From an uncultured Chlorobiaceae bacterium (lineage in GTDB: Bacteria > Bacteroidota > Chlorobiia > Chlorobiales > Chlorobiaceae): DNA of 64,000 nt. The DNA lies in NCBI GenBank assembly GCA_964611215.1, contig CAZSXF010000003.1, positions 68,911 through 132,910 of the forward strand. The letters are read 5' to 3'. Both the position numbers and the translations under genes were made by a program. How positions within the stretch are numbered: the stretch's first letter is position 1; each line of letters opens with the position of its first letter. Of the stretch, positions 28,201 through 37,136 are shown in pieces. Below the pieces are notes generated by a model, which saw only the letters and a program-made list of their open reading frames with translations, was not told the origin of the DNA and did not search any database.

Positions 28201-28950
28201 TCAGTCTGGCCGCTCGTGGAAGATGGTGTGCCGGTGCATCGACGAGCTTCTGCAGATGCGGGGCAGGTTGCGGACGGTCGCTTCGAGCCGGTCGTACGGA
28301 AAGGCGAGCAGTATCTCGTCAGGCGCGAGGGCGAGGCCGGCGTTGCCCCCGGTGTCGCCGAGCGTGAAGGTCGGTTTTCCGCTCCTGAAGACATGGCTGG
28401 TAACCATCTCGCAGGTTGAACCCCCGGCAATGCCGTGGACCAGCTCGCCGGTGTCGAACCCGTAAGCCCTCAGGATGTGCTGTCCCTGAAACGGCCTGCA
28501 GACGATCAGGACGACGTCCGGCAGCAGGCCCTCCTGGCCGTCCATCTTCGCAAGCGGCCCGATGATCTGCGCCGCATATTCGCCGTCTCCGAACGGCATC
28601 GTTGCCGCCAGGGAACGCCGGAGGGCCTCCATGTTCCCGAAGAGTTTGCCGTCACCGATCATGAACTTTTCGGCGGTCTCCAGCGGCAGAAGGCTGCCGA
28701 AACCTGCAGCGATGGCACCTCCCCCGCACAACTGCTGTTCCCTGACCGTGTAAAACGGGCCGGCGCCACGGAGGCAGTCGCCCCACATTGCGCACAGGAA
28801 CGATTTCGGCTTTTCCGCATCAGCTGAGGCGCCGAAGGCCGGGATGCCTTCCGGCAGGTCGGCAAGCGAGGCGACGAACTTGACGGCAATCGGCATATAC
28901 GCAAGTTCTTCGCTGTCGACAAGTGTTTTCGAGAGTTGTTCTGGCGTCAT
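28201..28950 (-). CDS. DUF169-family protein
   Basis: 249 aa. The N-terminal pattern YMPIAVKF... and overall size match my memory of DUF169. It is the last gene of the hyd cluster. Confidence 0.75.
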   Translation of the reverse strand: MTPEQLSKTLVDSEELAYMPIAVKFVASLADLPEGIPAFGASADAEKPKSFLCAMWGDCLRGAGPFYTVREQQLCGGGAIAAGFGSLLPLETAEKFMIGDGKLFGNMEALRRSLAATMPFGDGEYAAQIIGPLAKMDGQEGLLPDVVLIVCRPFQGQHILRAYGFDTGELVHGIAGGSTCEMVTSHVFRSGKPTFTLGDTGGNAGLALAPDEILLAFPYDRLEATVRNLPRICRSSSMHRHTIFHERPD

Positions 28951-29013
28951 CTTGCTGTTCTGGCTGGTTGCTATTCGCCGTTTTCCCGTTTTTTTGACTG
29001 CTTCCGGTCTTCT

Positions 29014-30294
29014 TCAGTGTACCGAGCAGGAGATGCAAGGGTCGTAGGCGCGGACAAGCATCTCGCAGAGCCTTTCGGTTTCGGTCTCGCTGCGGCCTTC
29101 TGCCAAAGCCTGCACGGCGAGGGCGTGGAGGTCGTAATGGATGTTGGCGTTGTTCTGCGTGGTGGGGATGATGCAGTTTGCACGGAGCACCCTGCCATTG
29201 TCGTCGGTTTCCATGAAGTGGTAGAGGACGCCTCTCGGCGCTTCGACGGCACCTGTTGCCGCGCCTGCCTTCGGGCGGTAGGTGTTTCTGCTGTCGCCGG
29301 GGCCGCTTGCGAGCAGCCGGTCGATGAGTTGCACGGCATCCTCGACGAGTTGCCTGCATTCCACAAGCTGGGCGATGTTGTTCATGAACGGGTTGTGGCA
29401 GCCCGGGGCGAGGCCGAGCGCCGTCGCCAGTTCCCTTGCTTCGGGATGCAGGCGGTCGGCGTTGTTGTTGTATCTGGCGAGCGCTCCGACGGCGGCTGAC
29501 TCCCGGCTGACCCTGGTGAACTTCGAGGTGGAAAAGTCAGGGAGGTATTCGTTGGTCATGAGCAGGTAATCGTTTTCGTCACGGACCAGGCCGTCGGTCG
29601 AAACGATATCGCCGCCGATGGAGGGGTAGCCGGCATCGGGGCGCAGGGAGATGAACTCGGTTTCACGGACGAACTCCGGCATTCGCAGCGACCCGAAGAG
29701 TTCCGCGGTGAGGCTGAGCGCAGGGATGCATGCGGTGGCGGCCTGCCTGAGCGAGGCGAGCTGTTCCCTGGACGGTGCTTTGGTGATGCCGCCGAGCACG
29801 AGGCTGACCGGGTGGGTGCACCGGCCGCAGGTTGCGGTGCTGATGTCGTTGCCGAAGGCCTTCAGCTGCAGGCCGGTCTGCACGATTTCCGGATGTGACT
29901 GCAACAGCGGCAGGGCGCTCGTGGTGCCGAGGAAGTCGGGAAGGGCGAGGAAGAACAGATGCAGTGCATGGCTCTGCAGGTGTTCGCCGTACATGGCCAG
30001 TTGCCTGACCAGGCGTGCGGTTTCCGGCACGTCGATTTCCATGGCGCGTTCAAGCGCGCGGATGCTGGCCAGGGTGTGGCTGATGGAGCAGATGCCGCAG
30101 ATCCTCGAAGTGAGGAACGGCGCGCGTTCGGCACTCATTCCCCTGACGATCGATTCGAAAAACCTCGGGGTTTCCACGACAGCCCATGTGGCTTCGGCGA
30201 GCCTGCCGTCACGGACCGAGATGCGAATATCGCCGTGCCCTTCCACTCTCGTGAGGTGGTGGATGTCGATGTCGAACTCAACTTTTCTGCTCAA
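29014..30294 (-). CDS. hydA: [NiFe] hydrogenase large (alpha) subunit, group-3b / sulfhydrogenase type
   Basis: N-terminal Ni-binding motif [10 protein letters not shown]. The C-terminal DPCISCSVH is followed directly by a stop. TTG at 30294 with GGAGAC 4 nt upstream is preferred, giving a 17-nt overlap with hydD. The track start is 30342. Confidence 0.9.
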   Translation of the reverse strand: MSRKVEFDIDIHHLTRVEGHGDIRISVRDGRLAEATWAVVETPRFFESIVRGMSAERAPFLTSRICGICSISHTLASIRALERAMEIDVPETARLVRQLAMYGEHLQSHALHLFFLALPDFLGTTSALPLLQSHPEIVQTGLQLKAFGNDISTATCGRCTHPVSLVLGGITKAPSREQLASLRQAATACIPALSLTAELFGSLRMPEFVRETEFISLRPDAGYPSIGGDIVSTDGLVRDENDYLLMTNEYLPDFSTSKFTRVSRESAAVGALARYNNNADRLHPEARELATALGLAPGCHNPFMNNIAQLVECRQLVEDAVQLIDRLLASGPGDSRNTYRPKAGAATGAVEAPRGVLYHFMETDDNGRVLRANCIIPTTQNNANIHYDLHALAVQALAEGRSETETERLCEMLVRAYDPCISCSVH

Positions 30295-31042
30295 GGTAGT
30301 CTCCAAAAGCGTTGTAGAAGGCGAGCTTTTCCTGCAGGTCATTCATGCTGAGACCGCGCTGGCGGACGATGTCGACAAATGACGGAAAGTTGATGTCTTC
30401 CGCGGGGCCTCGGCAGCCAAGGCACACGCTCTTTCCCGAAGGGCAGACGGCGTCACAGCCCGCGCGGGTGATGGGGCCGAGGCAGATCTCCCCGAGGTCG
30501 AACAGGCAGGTGTTCAGGCGCTGCTTGCATTCGACGCAGACGGGATATTTCGGCAGTGCGACCTGCGAGCGGGTCACGAGCCCGACCACGATCCGTTCGA
30601 CCTCCTCTTTCGAGACCGGGCAGCCGGGGATGAAGTGATCGACCTGCACGAAGTTGGATATGGGCAGTGCAGGCATCGTCGCCATGTGCCGGTCACCGTA
30701 GACCTCTTCGGCGTGAGTTTCCGGCGGGGAGCTGTTTTTCAGGCTGTTGACCCCGCCGAAACAGGCGCAGGTGCCGAAGGCCACCAGAACGTCGGCTTTC
30801 TGGCGGATTGCCTGCAGTCGGCTGATTTCGTCACTTCGGGTGATGCTCCCTTCGATGAGGGCGATGTCGTAATCGTCGTGCCGTTCAGAGGAGATTTCCC
30901 TGAAGTTCCGGATATCGAGCAGTGCGAGGAATTCGGGAAGGTTCGTTTCCCGGTTGGCCAGCTGCAGCTGGCAGCCTTCGCAGCAGGTGAAGTCGAAGGA
31001 TCCGATCCTGATCTTTTCGAGTTTGAAGCCGAGGTGGTTCAT
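30278..31042 (-). CDS. hydD: [NiFe] hydrogenase small (delta) subunit, NuoB-like
   Basis: 254 aa. Cys clusters [13 protein letters not shown] and GCP, plus a distal CxxC-rich region. AGGAAAC lies before the ATG. Confidence 0.9.
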   Translation of the reverse strand: MNHLGFKLEKIRIGSFDFTCCEGCQLQLANRETNLPEFLALLDIRNFREISSERHDDYDIALIEGSITRSDEISRLQAIRQKADVLVAFGTCACFGGVNSLKNSSPPETHAEEVYGDRHMATMPALPISNFVQVDHFIPGCPVSKEEVERIVVGLVTRSQVALPKYPVCVECKQRLNTCLFDLGEICLGPITRAGCDAVCPSGKSVCLGCRGPAEDINFPSFVDIVRQRGLSMNDLQEKLAFYNAFGDYLEQKS

Positions 31043-31053
31043 GGCAGGTTTCC

Positions 31054-31971
31054 TTAGATGGCTTCCTTGAGGTTCATGACCGACCAGTAGTCGAAAACGG
31101 GGCCGTCAAGGCAGGTGAAGGTGGAGCCGACCATACAGCGGCAGCATTTGCCCATGCCGCAATGCATGCGCCGTTCAAGCGAGACGAACATCCGGTTCAT
31201 CGGGATGCCGATGCGGTCGAGGTGGTTGCAGACGAATTTGAACATGACCGGTGGGCCGCAGACGATGGCGAAGGTGCGTTCGCTGTCGATGCTGAACTCG
31301 TCGAACAGGCTGGTGATCAGGCCGGTTCTGCCCTTCCAGGCTTCGTCGGGTTTTTCGACGATGGTCATCAGGTTGACGTTGCTGATTTTCTGCCACTCCT
31401 CGAACTGGTAGCTGAAGAGCAGCTGTGAGGGTTCCTTTGCGCCGTAGAGCAGGCGGACGTCCCCGTACCAGTCGCGGTGGTTGCCGATCCAGAAGAGCGG
31501 GGCGCGCATTGGCGCGATGCCGAGTCCTCCGGCGACCATAAGCACGTTGTAGTCCCTCATGGTTTCCATCGGGAAGGCGGTGCCGAAGGGGCCTCTGATC
31601 GAGACGATCGCCCCTTGTCGGGCTTCGAACATTGCCGAGGTGACGTGGCCGGCCTTGCGGATGCAGAGCTCGATGAACTCGTGGTTGCTGGTCGAGCTGG
31701 AGATCGAGATCGGGGCTTCGCCGTAGCCGGGGACCTCAAGCATCAGGAACTGGCCTGGCCTGAAGTTGAACACTTCGCGCTCTTTCGGGTCGACGATGCG
31801 CAACAGGAAGAGCTTTTCCTGCGCCGAGAGGGGGACAATGTTGGTGATTCTGCACTTGTAGCCCCGGTCGGTGATCATGACTTCACACTTTTTCTGGAAG
31901 TCGGGGATCTTGTCGATGAACGGTTCCCGGTTCAGGTCCTGTCCGGGGATGTTGAAACGCATGTCATGCAT
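31054..31971 (-). CDS. hydG: sulfhydrogenase gamma subunit (FAD/NAD(P)-binding, 2Fe-2S; PyrK-like)
   Basis: Collinear with my memory of P. furiosus HydG ([48 protein letters not shown]). ATG at 31971 has GGAG 8 nt upstream and overlaps hydB by 40 nt. An alternative ATG is at 31878. Confidence 0.88.
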   Translation of the reverse strand: MHDMRFNIPGQDLNREPFIDKIPDFQKKCEVMITDRGYKCRITNIVPLSAQEKLFLLRIVDPKEREVFNFRPGQFLMLEVPGYGEAPISISSSTSNHEFIELCIRKAGHVTSAMFEARQGAIVSIRGPFGTAFPMETMRDYNVLMVAGGLGIAPMRAPLFWIGNHRDWYGDVRLLYGAKEPSQLLFSYQFEEWQKISNVNLMTIVEKPDEAWKGRTGLITSLFDEFSIDSERTFAIVCGPPVMFKFVCNHLDRIGIPMNRMFVSLERRMHCGMGKCCRCMVGSTFTCLDGPVFDYWSVMNLKEAI

Positions 31972-33011
31972 GATTCTCGCTCCAGTCTGAGGTCGTTGAT
32001 GACGTCTTTCGGGTTGATGCCGGCAAGGCAGGCGCGTCCGCAACGGTTGCAGCCGACACAGATCTGCTGGTTGTCGTTGGCCGCGAACCCGCGGTAATGG
32101 TGGTAATACCGGTACTTGAGGCGGTCGCCGGTTCTCGGCCTGAAGTTGTGCCCGCCGGCGACCTGGGCGAAATCCACCAGGTTGCACGAATAGAGGTGGT
32201 TCTGCCGCGAGGAGCCCTGCAGGTCCAGGTTGAACCGCTCTTCGACGCTGTAGCAGTAACAGGTCGGGCATACCATGGCGCACGTGCCGCAGCTCAGGCA
32301 TTTGTCGCCCCACTTCTGCCAGATCGGCGAGTCGAACTCGACATCGAGGAAGACCGGCAGCCCGGAGACCTCGATGTTGGTCTCGAAACTCTGTTTGATT
32401 TTTTTCCTTCGTTCGATAAGGCGGCAGTTGTCCTCGTTCGACGGGTCGGCGATACTGAACTCCTTCAGGAACGAAAAGGCTTTTGCCGAATTGATGGAGA
32501 GGTAATAGCTCTCGCCGATATCCGAGCAGAACATGCTGAAGCCGTGGTTGACCGTGTGGCGGTTCATCGACTTGCAGAAGCAGTCCGGCCGGGGGAGGTG
32601 GTCCATGCCGATGATGAAGGTGTTTTTCCTGCGGGCGAGGTAGTAGGGCGAGGGGTACGGGCCGTGGAGCATGACGTCGTCGAGGATGTTGACGGCATTG
32701 ATGTCGCAGGGCCTGAGCCCGATGAGGACGATTGGCGGTGCGTCGTACCGTACCTCCTGTTCCCAGTTCGCGTCTTTGAAGGTGAAGCTGGACAGTTCGT
32801 CGCGGAAGGGCAGGAAGAAGTGCTTGGCCGAGGAGTGGGTGACCGTGAAATCGAAGGCGACCTCTTCCGCCGAACCGACGCGCATGAACTGGTAGACCGG
32901 TTGGCCGTCCGGCCCGGTATCGGCGAGTCGGGGGCCGTACGCTTCGTTCACCTTCGTTATGGCATCGATGAACGCCCGGAATTCAGGCTTCGAAATGACT
33001 TTGTAGATCAT
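31932..33011 (-). CDS. hydB: sulfhydrogenase beta subunit (Fe-S, anaerobic sulfite-reductase-A-like)
   Basis: 359 aa. [16 protein letters not shown] and [11 protein letters not shown] ferredoxin-type motifs, plus GGHNFRP. Confidence 0.88.
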   Translation of the reverse strand: MIYKVISKPEFRAFIDAITKVNEAYGPRLADTGPDGQPVYQFMRVGSAEEVAFDFTVTHSSAKHFFLPFRDELSSFTFKDANWEQEVRYDAPPIVLIGLRPCDINAVNILDDVMLHGPYPSPYYLARRKNTFIIGMDHLPRPDCFCKSMNRHTVNHGFSMFCSDIGESYYLSINSAKAFSFLKEFSIADPSNEDNCRLIERRKKIKQSFETNIEVSGLPVFLDVEFDSPIWQKWGDKCLSCGTCAMVCPTCYCYSVEERFNLDLQGSSRQNHLYSCNLVDFAQVAGGHNFRPRTGDRLKYRYYHHYRGFAANDNQQICVGCNRCGRACLAGINPKDVINDLRLERESCMTCVSTSPDRT

Positions 33012-33182
33012 AGGGTTTCTCCGTTGTCCCGTTTCGTCCGCAAGGCGGATACGGCGCCGTTCCAGGCCGCGTTCACCGGTGTTCCGGAGGCGTTCCCCGC
33101 GCTGTGCTGTTCAGGAGCGGCGTTCTCCGGGAGCTCTGAAAGAACGACAGGGAGACAGGTTTTCAGGGGGATGGACACCTGC

Positions 33183-33201
33183 CGTAAATGTCAAATTTAC
33201 G
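33183..33201. promoter_or_regulatory. AT-rich 7-5-7 palindrome CGTAAAT gtcaa ATTTACG upstream of the hyd operon
   Basis: Perfect inverted repeat read from the sequence. It lies 172-190 nt upstream of the hydB ATG and about 33 nt downstream of the U32 gene stop. Confidence 0.35.
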
Positions 33202-33233
33202 TAAAGCGGCGGCAGGATAAAACACGGCAGTGC

Positions 33234-34478
33234 TCACTTTTTGGCAAGGACGTAGACCGTATCGTTTTTTCGTACCCGCCCGCACCTGACCGTGAAGATG
33301 TCGCCCTTGGCGATGTGTTCCGCCGGTGCGTCGTCGAGGTGGAAGGGGGTTGCCGGAACCATGATGAGGCCGGTCGCCTGGCCCTGGATGGCGAGGGTTT
33401 CACCCTGGCTCACCCCGCGCGAGTGGACAAGGATTTCCGCAACCCCGGCCTTGGGGTAGTAGTGCCTGACGACACCGATGTAGACCTTGGTTTCAGTTGC
33501 CGCGGACCCGTGGCGCCTGGCCCATTGCCCGGCAGGGCGGCCAAGGTAGAAGCCGTTCGAGAAGCCTCGGTTGTACACCTTCGCAAGATCGGTTTCAAGT
33601 GTTTCGGCCAGGCGGTCGTAGGCATCCGTAAAGGTCGGCTCGTCGCGGTGGCTGGCGATGAAGTCGATAGCCTTGCGGTAGGCGGCCGTTGTGGTGGCGA
33701 CATATTCCGGGCTGCGGTTTCTTCCCTCGATCTTACAGGCTCCGACACCGGCGTCAAGGAGCCGGTCGAGGAGGCGGATGGCGCAGAGGTCCCTGGGGCT
33801 CATGACATAGTCGGTGCCGAGTTCCAGTTCGAGCCCCTCTTCGGCGTCGGTGATCCGGTAGGCGCGTCGGCAGGGCTGGATGCACTCGCCCCGGTTTGCC
33901 GATTTTCCGAACAACTCCTGCGACATGAAGCAGCGGCCGGAAACGGCCACGCACATGGCACCATGCACAAAACACTCCAGGGTGACCGGGAGCTGTTCTT
34001 TCCGGATCCGGCTGCTGATTTCCGCAACCTGCAGGAGGTCGAGCTCCCGGGCAAGCACGATCATCCGGACGCCCAGCGACGCGTAGAACCGGACGGCGGC
34101 GATGTTGCTGACCGAGGCCTGTGTCGAAAGGTGGATCGGCATGCCGTGTTTCCGGCAGGAGCCGATGACTGCCGGGTCCCAGCAGATGACCGCGTCGAGG
34201 CCCGCCTGGCTGGCGGCTTCGACCGTCCGGTCCACAAGGTCGAGTTCTGCGTCGTAAACGACCGGGTTGATGGCGAGGTAGGCAGCGACCCCTTTCTGGC
34301 GGCACAGCCTGGCGATGCCGCCGAAGTCCGCAGCGGGGAAGTTTTTGCTTGCGGCGCGCATGTTGAGGCCTTCTGCGCCGAAATAGACCGCGTCCGCGCC
34401 TGCGTCCAGGGCGGCGCGGAGCGAGGTCCAGTCCCCGGCAGGAGCGATGAGTTGCGGTTTGTGAACGGCGTGATCCAT
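33234..34478 (-). CDS. U32-family protein (annotated family name is peptidase U32; Fe-S O2-independent hydroxylase type, TrhP/RlhA/UbiU-like)
   Basis: 414 aa from ATG at 34478 ([15 protein letters not shown]...). Conserved Cys set [12 protein letters not shown]...[10 protein letters not shown] and EGRNRSPEY. Confidence 0.88.
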   Translation of the reverse strand: MDHAVHKPQLIAPAGDWTSLRAALDAGADAVYFGAEGLNMRAASKNFPAADFGGIARLCRQKGVAAYLAINPVVYDAELDLVDRTVEAASQAGLDAVICWDPAVIGSCRKHGMPIHLSTQASVSNIAAVRFYASLGVRMIVLARELDLLQVAEISSRIRKEQLPVTLECFVHGAMCVAVSGRCFMSQELFGKSANRGECIQPCRRAYRITDAEEGLELELGTDYVMSPRDLCAIRLLDRLLDAGVGACKIEGRNRSPEYVATTTAAYRKAIDFIASHRDEPTFTDAYDRLAETLETDLAKVYNRGFSNGFYLGRPAGQWARRHGSAATETKVYIGVVRHYYPKAGVAEILVHSRGVSQGETLAIQGQATGLIMVPATPFHLDDAPAEHIAKGDIFTVRCGRVRKNDTVYVLAKK

Positions 34479-34570
34479 GATTCCGGTGGCTGGCCTGGAT
34501 GATGAACGGAGAAATGCTTGGTAATTTTCCTTATACTTATGACAAAAATAACCAGACATCTGACATTCCC

Positions 34571-35344
34571 ATGAGCCAACGACAGGCTGCCGGCCTCCTG
34601 GCCGGCATCTCCATTGCGCTGATCGGCGCCGAAACCGCACTGGCGGTTCTCCACGGGTTTGATCCCGGCGTGATCCTGTTCTGCCTGGCGATTGCCGTTG
34701 GCGCCGCAGGCCTGGTCTTTGCCGTCAGCCTGCTTGCCGGGGATGGGCAGCGGCGGGTCGAGAGCGTTTCCGAACGTCGTGCCCGGGCCCGTGCTGGTGA
34801 TGCCGGAAGCCGTTTTGAGGCCTATGGCATCGATGATGAATTTCTTGGCAACGGCCGTCCGGGACGGGGCGCTGCGGCTCCGGCAGGGGAACCCTTTGCG
34901 GACGATGCTGCGCTGAAGGCTGCGGTAGCGGCCCATGCCGCGGCGGCAGGCGGCCTTGTCGCGCTGCGCGAGACCCTTGCCGGTCTCGATGACGATGCCT
35001 TTCGGGTGATGGCCGGCAAGTTCGGGTTTTCCGGCGTCTCAAGAATCAGAGCGATGGGTGTGGTGACTGAACTGATCGCCGCAGAGGTCGCCGTCGGGAA
35101 GGCTTCGGAGGTGCCGCCGCTCTCCATTTCGATTGACCAGGAGACCTTTGACGATTACATCCGGCGCTGCATGACCGATGGAGGCAGTGAACCGCCGGCC
35201 GCCGGCGCCGAGTCCGGTTTTTCCGTCGGCCTCGATGCCGATGGGCTTTCCGGCCTTCCGGGCGATCCACCCGCCACGTTCTCCCATGATCCCCAGGCGG
35301 TGTTCTCGAAGATCGGCCGTTCCGGAGGAGGTGCGGGACGATGA
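34571..35344 (+). CDS. hypothetical membrane protein (2 N-terminal TM helices, Ala/Gly-rich cytoplasmic part)
   Basis: ATG at 34571 ([19 protein letters not shown]...). Its stop overlaps the ATG of the downstream methyltransferase gene (ATGA at 35341-35344). I recognise no family. Confidence 0.5.
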   Translation: MSQRQAAGLLAGISIALIGAETALAVLHGFDPGVILFCLAIAVGAAGLVFAVSLLAGDGQRRVESVSERRARARAGDAGSRFEAYGIDDEFLGNGRPGRGAAAPAGEPFADDAALKAAVAAHAAAAGGLVALRETLAGLDDDAFRVMAGKFGFSGVSRIRAMGVVTELIAAEVAVGKASEVPPLSISIDQETFDDYIRRCMTDGGSEPPAAGAESGFSVGLDADGLSGLPGDPPATFSHDPQAVFSKIGRSGGGAGR

Positions 35345-36141
35345 GCGCAACCGGACCAAAGCCCTTGAGCAAAGCCATGCTCGGCCGGTTCGCGAGGCTC
35401 GGCCAGAAGAAGTTCCGTGACCAGGAAGGGCTTTTCCTGGCCGAAGGGCAACGTACGGTCAGGGAGCTGCTCGACCGGTTGCCGTCTCCGGAGCTGCTCG
35501 AAGCGCTCATTGTCGACGAGCAGCAGGCCCGTGAGGCTCACTGGGTCGAACCCTGGCGAAGCCGCCTGTATGTCGCCGGGCGTGACGCCGCAGGGCGGCT
35601 TGCACAGACCTCGACATCCCAGGGCGTGTACGGTGTTTTCAGAAAGCCTCCGGAAGGTGCCTTCCGGCCATCGCGCCGCACCTCGCTGCTCGTTGCGCTT
35701 GACGATGTGCAGGACCCCGGCAATGTCGGTACGATCATCCGTACGGCAGCATGGTTCGGTGCGGACGCCGTCATTTGCGGTGAAGGAACGGCTGATCCGT
35801 ACAATCCAAAAGTTGTGCGTTCGACCGCCGGGAGCATTTTTGCGGTGCGGCACTATGTGGTCAGGGACCTGGTTGCGGAACTGCGCGACCTGCAGAAGAT
35901 CGGTTATGGGATTGCGGTCTCGTCGCTTGACGGCGCCGACTACCGGGAGTTCGACCAGTGGCCGGAACGCCGGGTGCTGGTTGTCGGCAACGAGGCCAAC
36001 GGCGTCTGCAGCGGCGTGCTCGGCCTGGCTGACCGCCTGGTGCGGATTCCGCATTCCGGCAGCCAGGGCAGGCCGAACGTCGAATCCCTGAACGCTTCCG
36101 TGTCGGCGGCGATTCTGCTCTCCTTCCTGGCCTTTGCGTGA
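35341..36141 (+). CDS. TrmH/SpoU-family RNA 2'-O-methyltransferase
   Basis: 266 aa. SPOUT motifs LDDVQDPGNVGTIIRTA, LVVGNEANG and ESLNASVSAAI. Confidence 0.88.
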   Translation: MSATGPKPLSKAMLGRFARLGQKKFRDQEGLFLAEGQRTVRELLDRLPSPELLEALIVDEQQAREAHWVEPWRSRLYVAGRDAAGRLAQTSTSQGVYGVFRKPPEGAFRPSRRTSLLVALDDVQDPGNVGTIIRTAAWFGADAVICGEGTADPYNPKVVRSTAGSIFAVRHYVVRDLVAELRDLQKIGYGIAVSSLDGADYREFDQWPERRVLVVGNEANGVCSGVLGLADRLVRIPHSGSQGRPNVESLNASVSAAILLSFLAFA

Positions 36142-36171
36142 CGGCGGCTGCCACCGCAGTCCGGACGGGGA

Positions 36172-36927
36172 TTACGACTCCTGGCCCTCTTCGATAGCCT
36201 TGTGCAGGTGTACCGGTTCGCCCTCGTTTTTTTTGCGCAGCCGGAGGTTCAGCATTTCGACGCAGACCGAGAACGCCATGGCGAAATAGATGTAGCCTTT
36301 CGGGAATTCAAAGCCGACACCTTCAGCAAGCAACGTCACGCCGACAAGGATCAGGAAGCTCAGTGCGAGCATCTTGACGGTCGGATGGCGTTCGACGAAC
36401 TCCCCGATCGGTTTCGCGGCGAACATCATGATACCCACGGCGACCATGATGGCGAGGATCATGACCGGAATGTCTTTGGCGAGCCCGACGGCGGTGATGA
36501 CCGAGTCGAGTGAGAACACGATGTCGATCACGGCAATCTGGAGGAGTGTCGAAATGAAGCCGGAGGTTCTTGCCTGCCGCTCTTCGTGGCTGCCGCCTTC
36601 AAGGCTGTCGTGAATCTCCTGGGTGCTTTTTGCCAGGAGGAACAGGCCGCCGCCGATGAGGATGATATCCCTGCCGGAGATCGCTTGCCTGAATACCGTG
36701 AAAAGGTCGTCGGTCAGGCTCATGACCCAGGTGATGGAGAGCAGGAGCATGATCCTGGTGAGCATGGCCAGCCCGAGGCCGAGGATCCGGCCTTTGTTGC
36801 GTTGCACTTCCGGGAGTCTGCCGACGATGATCGAGATGAAGATGATGTTGTCAATGCCGAGGACGATTTCAAGCGCGGTCAGCGTGACGAGGGCAATCCA
36901 GGCTTCGGGTTGCAGGATCCATTCCAT
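36172..36927 (-). CDS. TerC-family integral membrane protein
   Basis: 251 aa. LEIVLGIDNIIFISI and DIVFSLDSVITAVG are the duplicated TerC motifs. Confidence 0.92.
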   Translation of the reverse strand: MEWILQPEAWIALVTLTALEIVLGIDNIIFISIIVGRLPEVQRNKGRILGLGLAMLTRIMLLLSITWVMSLTDDLFTVFRQAISGRDIILIGGGLFLLAKSTQEIHDSLEGGSHEERQARTSGFISTLLQIAVIDIVFSLDSVITAVGLAKDIPVMILAIMVAVGIMMFAAKPIGEFVERHPTVKMLALSFLILVGVTLLAEGVGFEFPKGYIYFAMAFSVCVEMLNLRLRKKNEGEPVHLHKAIEEGQES

Positions 36928-36966
36928 GATGTTCCGATAGGGTAAGGTTGTTCAGGGCTGTGTGTT

Positions 36967-36990
36967 GTAAAACATTGCATTCTGCAATGT
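36967..36990 (-). terminator. leader terminator/attenuator hairpin upstream of terC (ACATTGCA gaa TGCAATGT + TTTTA on minus strand)
   Basis: Perfect 8-bp stem with a 3-nt loop, followed by U4 only in the minus-strand orientation. It ends about 40 nt before the terC ATG. Confidence 0.45.
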
Positions 36991-37136
36991 ACGTCTGAAC
37001 GGGAGCATCGGCAAGTCCTTCCGCTTTTTGGGAACCTCTGCCGAATTGCACGCATTACAATGCATTAGGGTTCTCCGTCCGCAGGCATTGCGGAAGAAGA
37101 ACCCACGATGCTGACCATCATTTGCCGGGATGCGAT

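Noticed and set aside
31054-32313. ORF-track N-terminal extensions that would create large same-strand overlaps or odd N-termini. Examples are 31054..32313, 10822..12195, 44296..45372, 57602..58522, 16240..17619, 33234..34640 and 22158..23054.
   Set aside because: In each case an internal ATG/GTG/TTG restores a family-typical N-terminus, signal peptide or operon spacing. The extension either reads through an upstream gene or terminator or has non-native composition.
32097-34502. 801-aa ORF on the + strand, the longest non-annotated ORF in the track. It runs antisense through hydB and the U32 gene and stays open across their 222-nt intergenic gap.
   Set aside because: Its composition is the typical R/V/D/E/G/A-rich mirror of GC3-rich genes. 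It has no recognisable motif, and both opposite-strand genes have unmistakable family signatures. About 74 stop-free codons in the GC-rich spacer can plausibly arise by chance. I treat it as a shadow ORF.
36928-37100. Canonical yybP-ykoY (Mn2+) riboswitch upstream of terC.
   Set aside because: I expected it from known TerC regulation, but could not find the conserved GGGGAGUAG, UUGACAUA or AGACC elements on the minus strand. I kept only the generic attenuator observation. A covariance-model search is needed.
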